This document shows, piece after piece, positions 1 through 10,731 of a stretch of DNA of 64,000 nt. Source of the stretch: Rubricoccaceae bacterium. GTDB lineage: Bacteria; Bacteroidota; Rhodothermia; Rhodothermales; Rubricoccaceae. Location of the stretch: assembly GCA_963708165.1 (NCBI GenBank), contig OY970187.1, positions 1,002,542 through 1,066,541 of the forward strand, in the 5' to 3' direction. The translations under genes and the position numbers were made by a program. The notes under the pieces are model-generated. The model made no database searches and was not told the origin of the DNA. It worked only from the letters and a program-made list of their open reading frames with translations. The stretch's first letter is position 1. Each line of letters begins with the position of its first letter.

Positions 1-1
1 A

Positions 2-1084
2 GGCCTCCAGCTCGGCTTGGCTCCGCTGCACGCCTTGCTCGGCGAGAGCCTCGGCGGTCACGTCGCGCACGATGGAGAGCACCTCGTTCGGCCCGTTGGG
101 CACGATGCGCGCTTCGCGGTAGCGAGGCTCGCCCGCGACGGTGACCTCGTAGCGGTACGTCACCGGCAGCGGCACCCCGGCGCCGATCTGCGCGACGGCG
201 CGCGTAAACGTCTCCGCCAGAGGCACCGGGATCTCGTCCTGGAGCACGTGTCCGAGGAGGACCTCGGCGGGGAACTCGGTCGCGAAGACGGGCGGCACGT
301 GAAAGTCCAGCACGCGGCCGTCGCGGCCGATGCGCGAGATCACGTCTGGCAGCGCGTCCAGCAGCGAGCGGTAGCGCGCCTCGCTGTCGCGCAGCGCCGC
401 CTGCGCGCGCGCCTGCTCGGTGACGTCGCGCGACGTGACGACGGCGTACGGGTCGCCGCTGGCGCCGGTGAGCGCCACGCCTTCGGCGCGCAGACGCCGG
501 ATCTCGCCCCCGGCCCTTCGCACGCGGTACGACACCGCCCGCACGGTGCCGGGCGTGCTGATGGCTTCGAGAAACACGTCCATCACCTCGTGCACGTCGT
601 CCTCGTGCAATAGCGCGAAGGCGCTCGTGCCGCGCAACGCCTCTGGCGAGAAGCCGAGCTGGTCTTCGACCGACGGGCTGACGTAGACGTAGCGGCCGTG
701 GACATCGAGCACGGTCACGATGTCGCGCGCGTGCTCCACAATGGTGCGGAAGCGCTCGGCGTCGGCGCGCCAGAGGCCTCTGGCGCGGGTGCGGACGACG
801 GCGCGTTGGGTCTGGTCGGGTGTGGCGTCGGCCGGGAGGACTTCGCAGGCGCCCGCGGCCAGAAGGGCCGCCTCGTCCCCGCCCAGCACGACGAGCCGCG
901 GCGTGCGGGCCGCGCCTTTGAGCCACACCGTCAGATTCTCCGCACGTGCCGCCTCCACCACGCCGATGCGCCGGGGCGCTTCGGTGAGCGCAGCGGCGAA
1001 CGCCTCCCACGTGTCCAGTCGCTCGCCCTCGCACGGGACGTCCCCGAGCAAGAGCGGCGGAAGGGTCGGGGGCGGCTGGCTCAC
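2..1084 (-). CDS. PAS-domain sensor protein (probably histidine kinase), 3' end outside the window
   Basis: Manual translation (not in ORF track): ERFRTIVEHARDIVTVLDVHGRYVYVSPS...SRDVTEQ...SEARYRSLLDALPD...VRDVT = two PAS/PAC domains; GTG start at 1084 is tentative. Confidence 0.8.
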   Translation of the reverse strand, partial: MSQPPPTLPPLLLGDVPCEGERLDTWEAFAAALTEAPRRIGVVEAARAENLTVWLKGAARTPRLVVLGGDEAALLAAGACEVLPADATPDQTQRAVVRTRARGLWRADAERFRTIVEHARDIVTVLDVHGRYVYVSPSVEDQLGFSPEALRGTSAFALLHEDDVHEVMDVFLEAISTPGTVRAVSYRVRRAGGEIRRLRAEGVALTGASGDPYAVVTSRDVTEQARAQAALRDSEARYRSLLDALPDVISRIGRDGRVLDFHVPPVFATEFPAEVLLGHVLQDEIPVPLAETFTRAVAQIGAGVPLPVTYRYEVTVAGEPRYREARIVPNGPNEVLSIVRDVTAEALAEQGVQRSQAELEA

Positions 1085-1093
1085 GCCCCCAAT

Positions 1094-2368
1094 CTACACG
1101 CCTCTGGCGCGGCGCACGACGGCTTCGAGCGCGCCAGAGGCCGCGTCGACATCGGTCTCGATGGTGCCTCGGCCGAGCGAAAAGCGGACCGTAGCGGCGG
1201 CCGTCTCGCGCGGCACGCCCATCGCGAGAAGGACGTGGCTGGGCGTGAGCGCGCCGCTGGTGCAGGCGCTCCCGGCCGAGGCGTGGACGCCCGCGAGGTC
1301 GAGCCCGAGCAGGATCATCTCGCCGTCGAGCGGACCGCCCGGGCCGGGCGGGAACGAGACGCTGAGGATGTGCGGGGCGGTCTGGGTTCCGAGTTCCGGT
1401 TCCGAGTTGGAGGCGCTCGGTGGCGCATTCCCCTCTTCCCTCTTCCCCCTTCCCTCTTCCCCCACAGTATTAAACACGGCCTCGGGCAGCGCGGCGCGGA
1501 TCTGGCCCGCGAGCCTCTGGCGCAAACGCGAGAGGCGGGCGGCGGTGGCTTCGCGCTCCTGCTCGGCGAGCGTGAGCGCCGTGGCGAAGCCGACGATGGC
1601 AGCCACGTTCTCGGTTCCGCCGCGTCGCCCGCGCTCTTGCGCGCCGCCGTGCACGAAGGGCGCGAAGTCTGTCCCCGCGCGCACGAACAGCGCGCCGATG
1701 CCTTTGGGACCGTTCACCTTGTGGCCAGAGAGCGAGAGCAGATCCACGCCCAGCGCGTCGACCGCCAGAGGCAGCAGGCCGGGCGCCTGCACGGCGTCGG
1801 TGTGCGCGAGCGCGCCCGCTCGGTGCGCGTCGGCCGCGATCTGCGCGATGGGTGCCACCGCGCCGACTTCGTTGTTGACGAGCATCGCCGAGACCAGTCC
1901 GGTGCGCTCGGTTGTGGCCGCGGCGATGGCCGCGGGGTCGGGCGCGCCGCTCGCCAGAGGCGCCACGATCTCGACCGGGTGGCCTTCGTCGCGCCACGCC
2001 TCGGCGGTGCGCAGGATGGCGTCGTGCTCCGCCGCGCTCGTGACCAAGCCGGTGCGCAAGCCGGTGCGGGCCTCTGGCGCCAGAGGCCGACTGGGTGAGA
2101 CGCCATGTGCCTTCGCCAGAGGCGCGAGGGCACCGCGGATAGCTGCGTTGTCGGCCTCGGTCCCGCCGGACGTGAAGAGCACCTCGGCAGGCTCGCAGTC
2201 CAACACGGCCGCGACGGCCTTGCGCGCGTTTTCGACGGCCACGCGCGCGCGGCGCCCCGGCCCGTGCTGCGAGGACGCGTTGCCGTACTCCTCGCGCAGC
2301 CACGGCAGCATCGCCTCTAGCGCCTCGGGGCGGAGTGGCGTGGTGGCGGCATGGTCGAGGTACGGCAT
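1094..2368 (-). CDS. iscS: Cysteine desulfurase (IscS/NifS family)
   Basis: YLDHAATTP, FTSGGTEADN, HTDAVQ, SGHK (PLP Lys), SAGSACTS (catalytic Cys). Confidence 0.92.
   Translation of the reverse strand: MPYLDHAATTPLRPEALEAMLPWLREEYGNASSQHGPGRRARVAVENARKAVAAVLDCEPAEVLFTSGGTEADNAAIRGALAPLAKAHGVSPSRPLAPEARTGLRTGLVTSAAEHDAILRTAEAWRDEGHPVEIVAPLASGAPDPAAIAAATTERTGLVSAMLVNNEVGAVAPIAQIAADAHRAGALAHTDAVQAPGLLPLAVDALGVDLLSLSGHKVNGPKGIGALFVRAGTDFAPFVHGGAQERGRRGGTENVAAIVGFATALTLAEQEREATAARLSRLRQRLAGQIRAALPEAVFNTVGEEGRGKREEGNAPPSASNSEPELGTQTAPHILSVSFPPGPGGPLDGEMILLGLDLAGVHASAGSACTSGALTPSHVLLAMGVPRETAAATVRFSLGRGTIETDVDAASGALEAVVRRARGV
1429..1463 (+). repeat. Heptamer-like tandem repeat (TTCCCTC)n inside iscS
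   Basis: ttcccctcttccctcttcccccttccctcttcccc encodes the GEEGRGKREEG insertion. Confidence 0.6.
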
Positions 2369-2491
2369 CGGAGCGGCTGGAGGCGGGGCCGCAAGATCGC
2401 GCCCGCCAGAGGCGCAGGTCGCCGGGGCCGCTGGCGCTCGGACTGGCACAGCCGTGCTCGTGAGGCCGTGCTCGCCTCTGGCGCCAGAGGC

Positions 2492-3377
2492 TTAGTTCTC
2501 GTCGCCGTTGTTCACCATGACGCTCAGCACGTACTCGCTGTCGTCGATGCGAGAGACCTGGAACAGCGCCGCGAGCCGCACGCCGTCCCTCACCCTCGTC
2601 CAGCCCGACGCCCCGAGTGCCTCCGATGCAGTCTCGCCAAACGGGGTCCACCCTCCGGCCTTCAGTAGAGCGCCGTAATGCGCCACGATAGCCGAGACCG
2701 GCAGGTCTGAGGTGAGGGTCGCCTTTTCAGTCTGGTGGTCGTTGCTGCCGCCTCCACCTCTGGGGCTTTGCACGGCGCCCGTGGGCGGCTCCAGCAGTGG
2801 CAGGCTAGACGAGAGATCATCCATCTGCGCTCTAAAGGCGTTATCGCGTTCGGGCACGGCCTCGCGCGCGCCGCGCTCTATCGGAAAGGGCTCGCGCGCG
2901 CTCAGGCTCACGAATGCCCCGCCGCGAGAGCGTGAGGAGAACCGTACGGACACGACAGCCCCGCTCTCGTTTTCCGGATACAGCATGGAGAATAGCCGAG
3001 GCTCCAAGACTCCTTGTAAACCCACTCGTCTTCTTCTCCTCGAACGCCTCCCAACTGCGATAGCCAGGGAACGCACGAGCGGCGAACGCCCTCGCGGCAG
3101 CCTCTGGCGCCGCATCTACTCTCGCGTACACAGTGCTTCCCATAGCAAACGCCATAGCAAAGAAGTCGTCAGCCTCTGGCGGGGCGCGGCGGATGGTGCC
3201 GAGGACCTGCGCTCCCTCTGGAAGAAATGCACGCAGGGAATCGGGCATGACTCCAGCCGCAACGTCGTCGGCACTCCCGATCCGGAGCGTCGCCTCCGCG
3301 AGTTCCCTGTCGAGGGTGATGGGTTGCGCCTGGGCAGCAGAGACCAGGAGCACGACGAGCAGAATGGAAAAGCGCAC
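2492..3377 (-). pseudogene. Exported hypothetical protein split by a frameshift near 3020 (pseudogene or sequencing indel)
   Basis: Signal-peptide ORF 2841..3377 (MRFSILLVVLLVSAAQAQ) overlaps ORF 2492..3115, whose C-terminal half looks globular; total span is 3n+1. Confidence 0.6.
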
Positions 3378-3546
3378 AGGACCAGCAGGTAGATTGCTCC
3401 ACGTTAGCCCCCGCCGGTTTGGCTGTCAAGCGGGGATTCGCCAGAGGCCTCTGGCGACGCGCGGTCGCTGCTCACCTCCTCACGCTCTGCCGCCGTCACC
3501 GCCAGAGGCTGTTCGTTAACATGGGGCCGCCGCTTCCCCACCCCCG

Positions 3547-4809
3547 ATGGTCCCCGCCGACGACCTCATCCGCTGCTCCTTTTGCGGGCGTACCGCCCAC
3601 GAGGTCTCCTCGATGGTGGCCGGGCCGGACGTGTACATCTGCGACCGCTGCATCTACGACGCCAACGGCATCGTGCGCGGTGACATGCAGCCGTACCCAA
3701 CGCCCGCCCGTCGCAACCTGGGATCGCGAAGCAACCGCCTCACCCCGCGCGAGATCAACGCGGCGCTGGACGACCACGTGATCGGGCAGAGCCGAGCCAA
3801 GCGCGCGCTCTCGGTCGCGGTCTACAACCACTACAAACGCATCGAGGCCGAGGACCACCTCCACGCCTACGACGACGTGGAGATCGAGAAGAGCAACATT
3901 CTGCTCGTGGGCCCCAGCGGGACGGGCAAGACGCTCATGGCGCGCACGCTCGCAAAAGTGCTGGACGTGCCGTTCTCCATCGCGGACGCCACGGCGCTGA
4001 CCGAGGCGGGCTATGTGGGCGAGGACGTGGAGAGCATCCTGAGTCACCTGCTCCAGGCCGCCGACTTCGACATCGAGCGCGCCGAGCGCGGCATCATCTA
4101 CGTCGACGAGATCGACAAGCTGGCCCGCAAGGGCGACAACGCGAGCATCACGCGAGACGTGAGCGGCGAGGGCGTGCAACAGGCGCTGCTCAAGATGCTG
4201 GAGGGCACCGTGGCTGGCGTGCCGCCCAAGGGCGGGCGCAAGCACCCGGAGCAAAACCTGATCTCGTTCGACACGCGCCATGTGCTGTTCATCTGCGGCG
4301 GCGCCTTCGACGGCCTGGCGCCACTGATCGCACGGCGGCGCTCGTCGTCCGCCATCGGCTTCAACGTTGGGGTCGCCAACCTGCGCGTCGAGGCCGACGA
4401 CCCGCACCTGTTCCGCCACGCGCGGCCCGAGGACCTGATGCGCTATGGGCTGATCCCGGAGCTTATCGGCCGTTTGCCGGTCATGGCGCCGCTGGACGGC
4501 CTGACCGCGAAAGACCTGCGCCGCATTCTGACAGATCCCAAGAACGCGCTCACCAAGCAGTACGAAAAGCTCTTCGCCATGGACGGCGTGGAGCTCGTCT
4601 TCGACGATGATGCGCTGGACGCCGTCGTGGAGAAAGCCCTCGCGCTCAAGACCGGCGCCAGAGGCCTGCGCGCGGTGCTCGAAGAGGCCATGCTGGGCCT
4701 CATGTTCGACGCGCCAGAGGCCGCGCCCTCCACCGTCGTCCGTGTCACGCGAGGCGTCGTCGCGCACGGGCAGGCGCCGGTTCTGGAGGAGCGCCGCGCC
4801 GCGAGCTAG
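3547..4809 (+). CDS. clpX: ATP-dependent Clp protease ATP-binding subunit ClpX
   Basis: Zn finger CSFCG...CDRC, Walker [34 protein letters not shown] loop, GARGLR. Confidence 0.98.
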   Translation: MVPADDLIRCSFCGRTAHEVSSMVAGPDVYICDRCIYDANGIVRGDMQPYPTPARRNLGSRSNRLTPREINAALDDHVIGQSRAKRALSVAVYNHYKRIEAEDHLHAYDDVEIEKSNILLVGPSGTGKTLMARTLAKVLDVPFSIADATALTEAGYVGEDVESILSHLLQAADFDIERAERGIIYVDEIDKLARKGDNASITRDVSGEGVQQALLKMLEGTVAGVPPKGGRKHPEQNLISFDTRHVLFICGGAFDGLAPLIARRRSSSAIGFNVGVANLRVEADDPHLFRHARPEDLMRYGLIPELIGRLPVMAPLDGLTAKDLRRILTDPKNALTKQYEKLFAMDGVELVFDDDALDAVVEKALALKTGARGLRAVLEEAMLGLMFDAPEAAPSTVVRVTRGVVAHGQAPVLEERRAAS

Positions 4810-4822
4810 CCTCTGGCGACGG

Positions 4823-5899
4823 CTAGAGCCTCGCGAGAACAGAGGCGAGATCGGCAGGGACAGCCACGGAATCAGAGCGGACCACGCCCCACCGCCAGCC
4901 GCGCGCGAGCGCCTCTGGCGCCAGAGGCCGTGGCTCCGGGAGTTGCCCCAGCGCCCACGCGAGCCAGCCCAGGACGGCCTCTGGCGACACGCCTGCGTCG
5001 CGGATCTCGCGCATGGACACGGCGCCGTCGCGCTTGGAGAGCTTCTCGCCAGAGGCGTTGACGAGCAGCGGGACGTGCGCGTAGGCGGGGACGGTGCCGC
5101 CGAGCGCGCGTGTGAGCAAGATCTGCCTCGGTGTGGAGTCCAGAAGGTCCATGCCGCGCACGACCTCGTTCACACCCATCGCCACGTCGTCCACGACGAC
5201 GGCGAGCTGGTAGGCGAACACGCCGTCGCGGCGCTTGAGCACCACGTCGCCTACGGCCTCGGCCACGTCCTCGGTCACGCGGCCGACCACGCGGTCCTCG
5301 AACGCGACCGGCTCGGCGTCCACGCGAAAGCGGAGCGCGCAGTCGGGACGCGGGCCGAGGGCCTGTAGCCAGCCGGGCGCGAGACTCTCCGGGCGCCAGC
5401 GGCGTGGATATGGCGGGAGACCCGCTGCCGAGCCTCTGGCGCCAGAGGCCCCACTCGGTACAGCACCGTGCGGTGCGCTCGCGAGCGCCTGCAGGTCGCG
5501 GCGTGAGCGGCGGCACGGAAAGAGCAGGCCTCTGGCGGCGAGCGTCGCGAGCGCCGCGTCGTACAGCGCACCGCGCTCGGACTGGCGGTACGGCGCATGA
5601 GGACCGCGGTCGGCGCCAGAGGCGGGATCTGGACCCTCGTCCCAGTCCAGGCCCAGCCACTGCGCGTCTTCCATCTGGCGCTGGGCGCTGCCGGGCACAG
5701 TGCGCGGGCCGTCCAGATCCTCCACGCGCCATACGAACCGCCCACCGCGGGCGCGCACGCTCGCCCACGACGCCACGAGCGCGAGCGCGCTGCCGAGGTG
5801 CAGGTCGCCTGTCGGGCTGGGCGCGAAGCGTCCCACCACGCGCGCTGACGCCTCTGGCGCTGACGCCTCTGGCGCCAGAGGCAGACCGGTCGCGCTCAC
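4823..5899 (-). CDS. gluQ: Glutamyl-Q tRNA(Asp) synthetase
   Basis: RFAPSPTGDLHLGS, RVEDLD, YQLAVVVDD, KLSKR; no anticodon-binding domain; GTG start overlaps upstream TGA. Confidence 0.92.
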   Translation of the reverse strand: MSATGLPLAPEASAPEASARVVGRFAPSPTGDLHLGSALALVASWASVRARGGRFVWRVEDLDGPRTVPGSAQRQMEDAQWLGLDWDEGPDPASGADRGPHAPYRQSERGALYDAALATLAARGLLFPCRRSRRDLQALASAPHGAVPSGASGARGSAAGLPPYPRRWRPESLAPGWLQALGPRPDCALRFRVDAEPVAFEDRVVGRVTEDVAEAVGDVVLKRRDGVFAYQLAVVVDDVAMGVNEVVRGMDLLDSTPRQILLTRALGGTVPAYAHVPLLVNASGEKLSKRDGAVSMREIRDAGVSPEAVLGWLAWALGQLPEPRPLAPEALARGWRWGVVRSDSVAVPADLASVLARL

Positions 5900-6588
5900 G
5901 CCAGGCCCGCGAGCACGCGCGCGTTGAGGCGGTGCTCGCCCGAAAACGTGACGCTCCGGTGCGGGATGCCCGCCTCGCGCAGCGCCTTCTCCTGCGCGAT
6001 CACGCGGCCGGGCGTCGCGATGGCGTCGCGGTCCCCGGCGACGATGTGCAGGTCGGCTTCGGCCATCCACGCGCGCTCCGCCACGAGGTCTAGATCGGTA
6101 GGTATGCGGCCACCCCAGAGGATGAGGCGGTGTACCCGGTGCGGGCGCTCGGCTGCCAGTGCGCTGCGCTCCAGCCACCGGGTGATGGTCGCCGTGCCCT
6201 GGCTGAACCCGAAGCCGACGAGCCGGACCGCGCCGAGGTCTGCGTCTGCGCGGCCACAGGCCTCGGCCATGACCGCGTCGAGGTAGCGGAGCTGGTCGGA
6301 GATCTCGTCCTCGCGGTTCTCGCGCGTCATCCAGCTCGCGCCCACGCGCTGGTAGCGGTCGTCGAGGTAGAACTTGCTCAGCGCTTCGGGCACCACGATC
6401 AGCCGCTCGGCGCTCGCCAGAGGCTCGAAGTGGCGCGCCCACCGCGCCGCGCTCTGCCCGTAGCCGTGGCAGGCCAGCCACACCTCGCGCACGCCGCCCT
6501 TTCCCTTTGCGCCAGAGGCCTCTGGCGGCACTCCGCCGAGCGTGACGTAGCGGGATGTGCGGGCCGTCTCGATGGAGTGGGTGGTCAA
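5896..6588 (-). CDS. Phospholipase/carboxylesterase (alpha/beta hydrolase)
   Basis: HGYGQ, GFSQG nucleophile elbow, GDRD, GEH; start uncertain (TTG). Confidence 0.85.
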   Translation of the reverse strand: MTTHSIETARTSRYVTLGGVPPEASGAKGKGGVREVWLACHGYGQSAARWARHFEPLASAERLIVVPEALSKFYLDDRYQRVGASWMTRENREDEISDQLRYLDAVMAEACGRADADLGAVRLVGFGFSQGTATITRWLERSALAAERPHRVHRLILWGGRIPTDLDLVAERAWMAEADLHIVAGDRDAIATPGRVIAQEKALREAGIPHRSVTFSGEHRLNARVLAGLA

Positions 6589-6721
6589 CGCGTCGCGGGC
6601 GAGTGAGCGCTGTGAACCCGTCGGCCCGTTCGGAGTTTTCCCGGCCGGCCGCACACAACGCGGCCTCCGCACAAACGCGGCCTCTGGCGCAGCGTAGTGC
6701 CAGAGGCCGAAAATGCTTTCG

Positions 6722-6880
6722 ATGGCTCACAAAAAGCTCAACCTGCCCACCAAGACCTGCCGCGTGTGCGGCCGTCCGTTCGCGTGGCGCAAAAAGTGGG
6801 CGCGCGATTGGGAGCAGGTGCTCTACTGCTCAGAGCGATGCAGGCGCGAGGCCGCGAGAGTCCGCAAGACGCCGCGCTGA
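6722..6880 (+). CDS. DUF2256 family small Zn-binding protein
   Basis: Manual translation [42 protein letters not shown]; family is usually found next to photolyase/cryptochrome genes. Confidence 0.88.
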   Translation: MAHKKLNLPTKTCRVCGRPFAWRKKWARDWEQVLYCSERCRREAARVRKTPR

Positions 6881-7452
6881 GCCTCTGGCGCCAGAGGCGC
6901 CGTCTCGTCGACGTCGGGACGGTCCTTGCGGTAGATCGTCAGCGGCTCGTCGCTGCGCAGAGTCACGTTGAACTCGTTGCCGTTGATCTGGCGCGTGAGC
7001 CGGAGGTCGTGCAGGATGTAGTTGTCGGAGTCGGCGCGGCTGCCGATGACCTCGAACGTGAAGAGGTCGTCGCTGTACGCCTCGGTCTCCACGTCGAGCT
7101 CCAACTCGGGCTCGACAAACGTGCCGCCGGAGAAGTTTTCCCGGTACACGGTGCCCGGCTCGAAGGTGACCACGCCCCCTTGGAAGCCCGCCTCGCGGAA
7201 CTGGATCTCGCCCTGGCGGAACTCCCGGACCTGGCCTTCTACCAGGCCGTCGTCGAGCGTGAGGTCGAAGGCGAACGTGAACTCGTAGTCTCCCTTGAGA
7301 CGGAAGTTCTGGGCCACCAGAATGGTGTCCGCAGAGAACGAGGCGGTGCCTTCCCAGTAGCCAGAGACGGAGTCGTCGCTGGCGCCGAAGAGGTCGCAGC
7401 CGGAAAGAAGGAGGACGGTCGCGAGGGCGACGGAAGCGATGCGTGCGCGCAT
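6823..7452 (-). CDS. Hypothetical lipoprotein
   Basis: Lipobox LLLSGC, acidic beta-rich mature part. Confidence 0.75.
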   Translation of the reverse strand: MRARIASVALATVLLLSGCDLFGASDDSVSGYWEGTASFSADTILVAQNFRLKGDYEFTFAFDLTLDDGLVEGQVREFRQGEIQFREAGFQGGVVTFEPGTVYRENFSGGTFVEPELELDVETEAYSDDLFTFEVIGSRADSDNYILHDLRLTRQINGNEFNVTLRSDEPLTIYRKDRPDVDETAPLAPEAQRGVLRTLAASRLHRSEQ

Positions 7453-7621
7453 GGTGTAGCGGAGCGAAGGAGGTCTGGCGAGGTATCGACCCGACGGCGC
7501 TCGTCCTTAAACCCCCATCTCTCACGCCGCCTCTGGCGCCAGAAGCCGCACACCTCCCGCCCCTAACGGGATCGGCGCGCGGCGCGACCGAGTAACGCCC
7601 ACCTGCGCTTCTCCCCTGCTC

Positions 7622-9148
7622 ATGCCCACCGCCCTTCTCTGGCTCCGCCACGACCTCCGCCTCCACGACCACGCGCCTCTGGCGGCGGCGGTGGAGCACG
7701 CCGGGCCGGACGGCCACCTGCTCGCGGTCTGCTGCCTCGATCCGCGCGACGCCGAGCTCACCCAGTGGGGCACGCCCAAAACTGGCGGCCACCGCGCCCG
7801 CTTCCGCCTCGAAGCGCTGCGCGACTTGCGCGAGCGGATGCGCGCGCTTGGTGGCGACCTCGTCGTGCGCCTCGGCACGCCAGAGGCTGTCTTGCCCGAA
7901 CTGGCCCACGCCTCTGGCGCCGACGCGTTGTTCTTCCACGAGGAGCCCATGCGCGAGGAAGCCGATGTGGAAGGGGCCGTGCGCGCGGCGCTGCCGGGCC
8001 TCGCCGTTCGCGCGTTCTGGGGCCACACGCTCGTCGACCCCCACGCGCTGGAATTCGACCGCCTGCCGGACGTGTTTACGCAGTTCCGCAAAGCCGCCGA
8101 GCGCACCACCTACCCGCCGCCTCTCGCACCGCCTGAGCGGCTCGCGCCTGCGCCAGAGGCTGTCACGCCCGGCGACATCCCGCTCTCGCCCCAGGCGCTC
8201 GGCATCGAGCCTCTGGCGGTGGATGTGCGCGCGGCGCTGCCCATGCGCGGCGGCGAGACCGAGGGCTTGGCACGGCTTCATGCCTACCTCTGGGAGCGTG
8301 ACGCGCTCAAGACGTACAAAGAGACGCGCAACGAGATGCTGGGCGAGGACTACTCGTCCAAGTTCTCGCCGTGGCTGGCGCACGGCTGCCTCTCGCCGCG
8401 CCAGATCGCCGCCGAAGTTCAGCGCTACGAAGCCGAGCGCGTCGCGAACCAGAGCACCTACTGGATGCTGTTCGAGCTCCTCTGGCGCGATTTCTTCCGC
8501 CTCTACGGACGCCAGTACGGCGACCGGCTCTTCTTCCTCTCGGGTCCCAAGCGCGAGCGCGGGATGCCGCGCCGAGTAGACGAGGGCCTGTTCGCCAAGT
8601 GGCGCGAGGGCGCGACCGGCTTCCCGCTCGTGGACGCCAACATGATTGAGCTCGCCACGACCGGCTTCATGTCCAACCGCGGTCGCCAGAACGTCGCCTC
8701 GTTCTGGTGCAAGCACATGGAGCAGGACTGGCGCGCGGGCGCCGCCTGGTTCGAAACCATGCTCATCGACTACGACGTGACGAGCAACTGGGGCAACTGG
8801 GCCTATGTCGCGGGCGTCGGCTCGGACCCGCGCGACCGCTACTTCGACATCGAGCGCCAGGGCACCAAGTACGATGCCGAGGCGGCGTACGTCAAGCACT
8901 GGATCCCGCCTCTGGCGCCGCTGCCCGCCCGCCTCGCGCGCGAACCCTACCGCATAACGCCAGAGGACGAGACGCGCTATGGCGTGCTCTTGGGCGAAGA
9001 CATCCCCGCGCCCATTCTCGACTACGATCGTGAGACCCGGCGCCTCCGCCAGAGGACTGGCAGCGCGCGCAAAACCAGCCTCGACAAAGGCAAGGGCGGG
9101 CGTGGCGGCGGCCCCAAGAGCGCGCGCAACAGCAAGCAAAGGCGGTAG
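7622..9148 (+). CDS. Cryptochrome DASH / photolyase family
   Basis: WLRHDLRLHDH, SKFSPWLAHGCLSPR, ELLWRDF, GFMSNRGRQNVAS, DYDVTSNWGNW, GVGSDPR. Confidence 0.95.
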   Translation: MPTALLWLRHDLRLHDHAPLAAAVEHAGPDGHLLAVCCLDPRDAELTQWGTPKTGGHRARFRLEALRDLRERMRALGGDLVVRLGTPEAVLPELAHASGADALFFHEEPMREEADVEGAVRAALPGLAVRAFWGHTLVDPHALEFDRLPDVFTQFRKAAERTTYPPPLAPPERLAPAPEAVTPGDIPLSPQALGIEPLAVDVRAALPMRGGETEGLARLHAYLWERDALKTYKETRNEMLGEDYSSKFSPWLAHGCLSPRQIAAEVQRYEAERVANQSTYWMLFELLWRDFFRLYGRQYGDRLFFLSGPKRERGMPRRVDEGLFAKWREGATGFPLVDANMIELATTGFMSNRGRQNVASFWCKHMEQDWRAGAAWFETMLIDYDVTSNWGNWAYVAGVGSDPRDRYFDIERQGTKYDAEAAYVKHWIPPLAPLPARLAREPYRITPEDETRYGVLLGEDIPAPILDYDRETRRLRQRTGSARKTSLDKGKGGRGGGPKSARNSKQRR

Positions 9149-9230
9149 CACCGGGCCTCTGGCGTAGAGGCTACTACCGCCGCGCCGCCCGAGGCGCACC
9201 CATCCCGCCAGAGGCTAGGCCCGCCAGAGG

Positions 9231-9857
9231 CTAGGCCTCGGCGCGCACGTGCTGCATGCCGCTGCGCTGGCCCACGGCTATGAGAGCCGCGGCAGGATGC
9301 GTGCCCTCGGCGAAGGGCAGCACGAGACCGTACGGGCCTGCGTGCCCAGCGTAGATGCCGAGCGCCTCGGCGGCGCCCAGGTCGTCGCCCGCGCTGCGCA
9401 GCCGAATCCGACCGTCTTCCATCACAACGATAGGGTCTCCCTCCACGACCTCTTCGCTGTCCGCGACGAAAACAAACCGGGCATTGCTTAGCTGCTCGTC
9501 GCGCTTCGTCTGCGGATCTAGCCGCAACGCGTGGACGCTCTCGCCGCGAAGCAGCGTTTGCAGCGTAACCCGGTCTGAGCCCGGCTGCGGCGTAAGCGCG
9601 CCTGACTTGACCGACCACCGAACGCCGATGCTACCATCGCGCCCGTTGCGGTCTACCAGGTGGTAGCCGTCTGTATCGCGCCGGAGAAACCCTTTTTTGG
9701 AGAGCGCCTGCAGGTTTTGCGTCACTGAGTTGGGAGACCGATAGCCAAAGTGATCGACGATCTCACGATATGTGGGCCATACCTTTGTGTCCGAGACCGC
9801 CTCCTGGAGGTATTCGAGGAACTGGTGTTGCTTCTGGGTGAGATGACGGCGGCTCAT
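9231..9857 (-). CDS. LexA-like repressor (LexA winged-HTH plus degenerate S24 domain)
   Basis: LTQKQHQFLEYL...PTYREIVDHFGYRSPNSVTQNLQALSKKGFL = LexA DNA-binding domain. Confidence 0.82.
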   Translation of the reverse strand: MSRRHLTQKQHQFLEYLQEAVSDTKVWPTYREIVDHFGYRSPNSVTQNLQALSKKGFLRRDTDGYHLVDRNGRDGSIGVRWSVKSGALTPQPGSDRVTLQTLLRGESVHALRLDPQTKRDEQLSNARFVFVADSEEVVEGDPIVVMEDGRIRLRSAGDDLGAAEALGIYAGHAGPYGLVLPFAEGTHPAAALIAVGQRSGMQHVRAEA

Positions 9858-9935
9858 AGGGGGGGGTGGAAGCCGGGAAGGACTGCCAAGAAAGTAGAGA
9901 CTCATATGTTAGGACACAACTGTTGTCACACCCTC

Positions 9936-10694
9936 TCACGACGGCTCCTGTCCGGCTCCGATCTCCCCGGCGACGCGTCGCACCCGGTCTGGAACGCCAT
10001 CACCGGTATGGGTGGCGAGGTATCCGTCGACCAATGACTCCACCTCGGAGCGAACGCTGGGGTCGAGGTGCATCCGCCCGGCCGTCGCGAGGTCAACCCG
10101 CGCGAAGACGGCGAACGCGCGCAGCGCCGCTCGGCTGGCTCTCGCCTGCCGCGGTCCATCGGCAACCGCGCGGACGGCGCCGGTTTCGAGTAGCAGCACG
10201 CCGCCTTCGTCGGGTAGAGCGTCGAGCTCGGCGCGGTGCACGTCGGGCGAGAAGCCCAGGAGTGTGGCGATGCGGAGTTGAAACCATAGCAGCGCGTTGC
10301 CCAGGCGGCCTTCGGCAGCGTCGAGGAAGGTGAGCGTGCGCGCCAGCGCTTCGAGCGCCAGAGGCTGCGCCTCGCCTTCGTCGAGGAGTGCGCGCGTGAT
10401 TTCGAGTGCGCGGAGGGCGAGCGTGACGCGTTCCAGATCGGTCGTGAGGCGCGGGAAGCGCTGCATGTGCGAGACCTCGCGGAGCGTCTGCAGGCCGCGC
10501 TCGGGCTTGTAGTAGTACACCGCCTGCACGTACGAGCCCGGCTGCAGCGTGGAGCCGAACGTGCTCGTGGGCCGCCGCGCACCTTTGGCCATCGCGCCGA
10601 TCACGCCGTTCTGGCGCGTGAGCATCGTGACGATACGGCTGGTCTCGCCATAGTCGAACGAGCGGAGGACGACGGCGTCAGTGCGAACGATCAT
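9936..10694 (-). CDS. recO: DNA repair protein RecO
   Basis: [36 protein letters not shown]; LLGFSPD. Confidence 0.93.
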   Translation of the reverse strand: MIVRTDAVVLRSFDYGETSRIVTMLTRQNGVIGAMAKGARRPTSTFGSTLQPGSYVQAVYYYKPERGLQTLREVSHMQRFPRLTTDLERVTLALRALEITRALLDEGEAQPLALEALARTLTFLDAAEGRLGNALLWFQLRIATLLGFSPDVHRAELDALPDEGGVLLLETGAVRAVADGPRQARASRAALRAFAVFARVDLATAGRMHLDPSVRSEVESLVDGYLATHTGDGVPDRVRRVAGEIGAGQEPS

Positions 10695-10731
10695 GCCGGG
10701 CCTACGCGCGCCGCGCGGTGCGGTGCCCTCT

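Noticed and set aside
3017-3023. GGGTTTA slippery heptamer at the frameshift of the 2492-3377 gene
   Set aside because: The heptamer is in the wrong phase for -1 frameshifting; joining the two ORFs needs a +1 shift
4823-6730. 635-aa ORF as a GluQ fusion protein
   Set aside because: The N-terminal part is an off-frame reading of the esterase gene; a GTG overlapping the esterase TGA gives a normal GluQ
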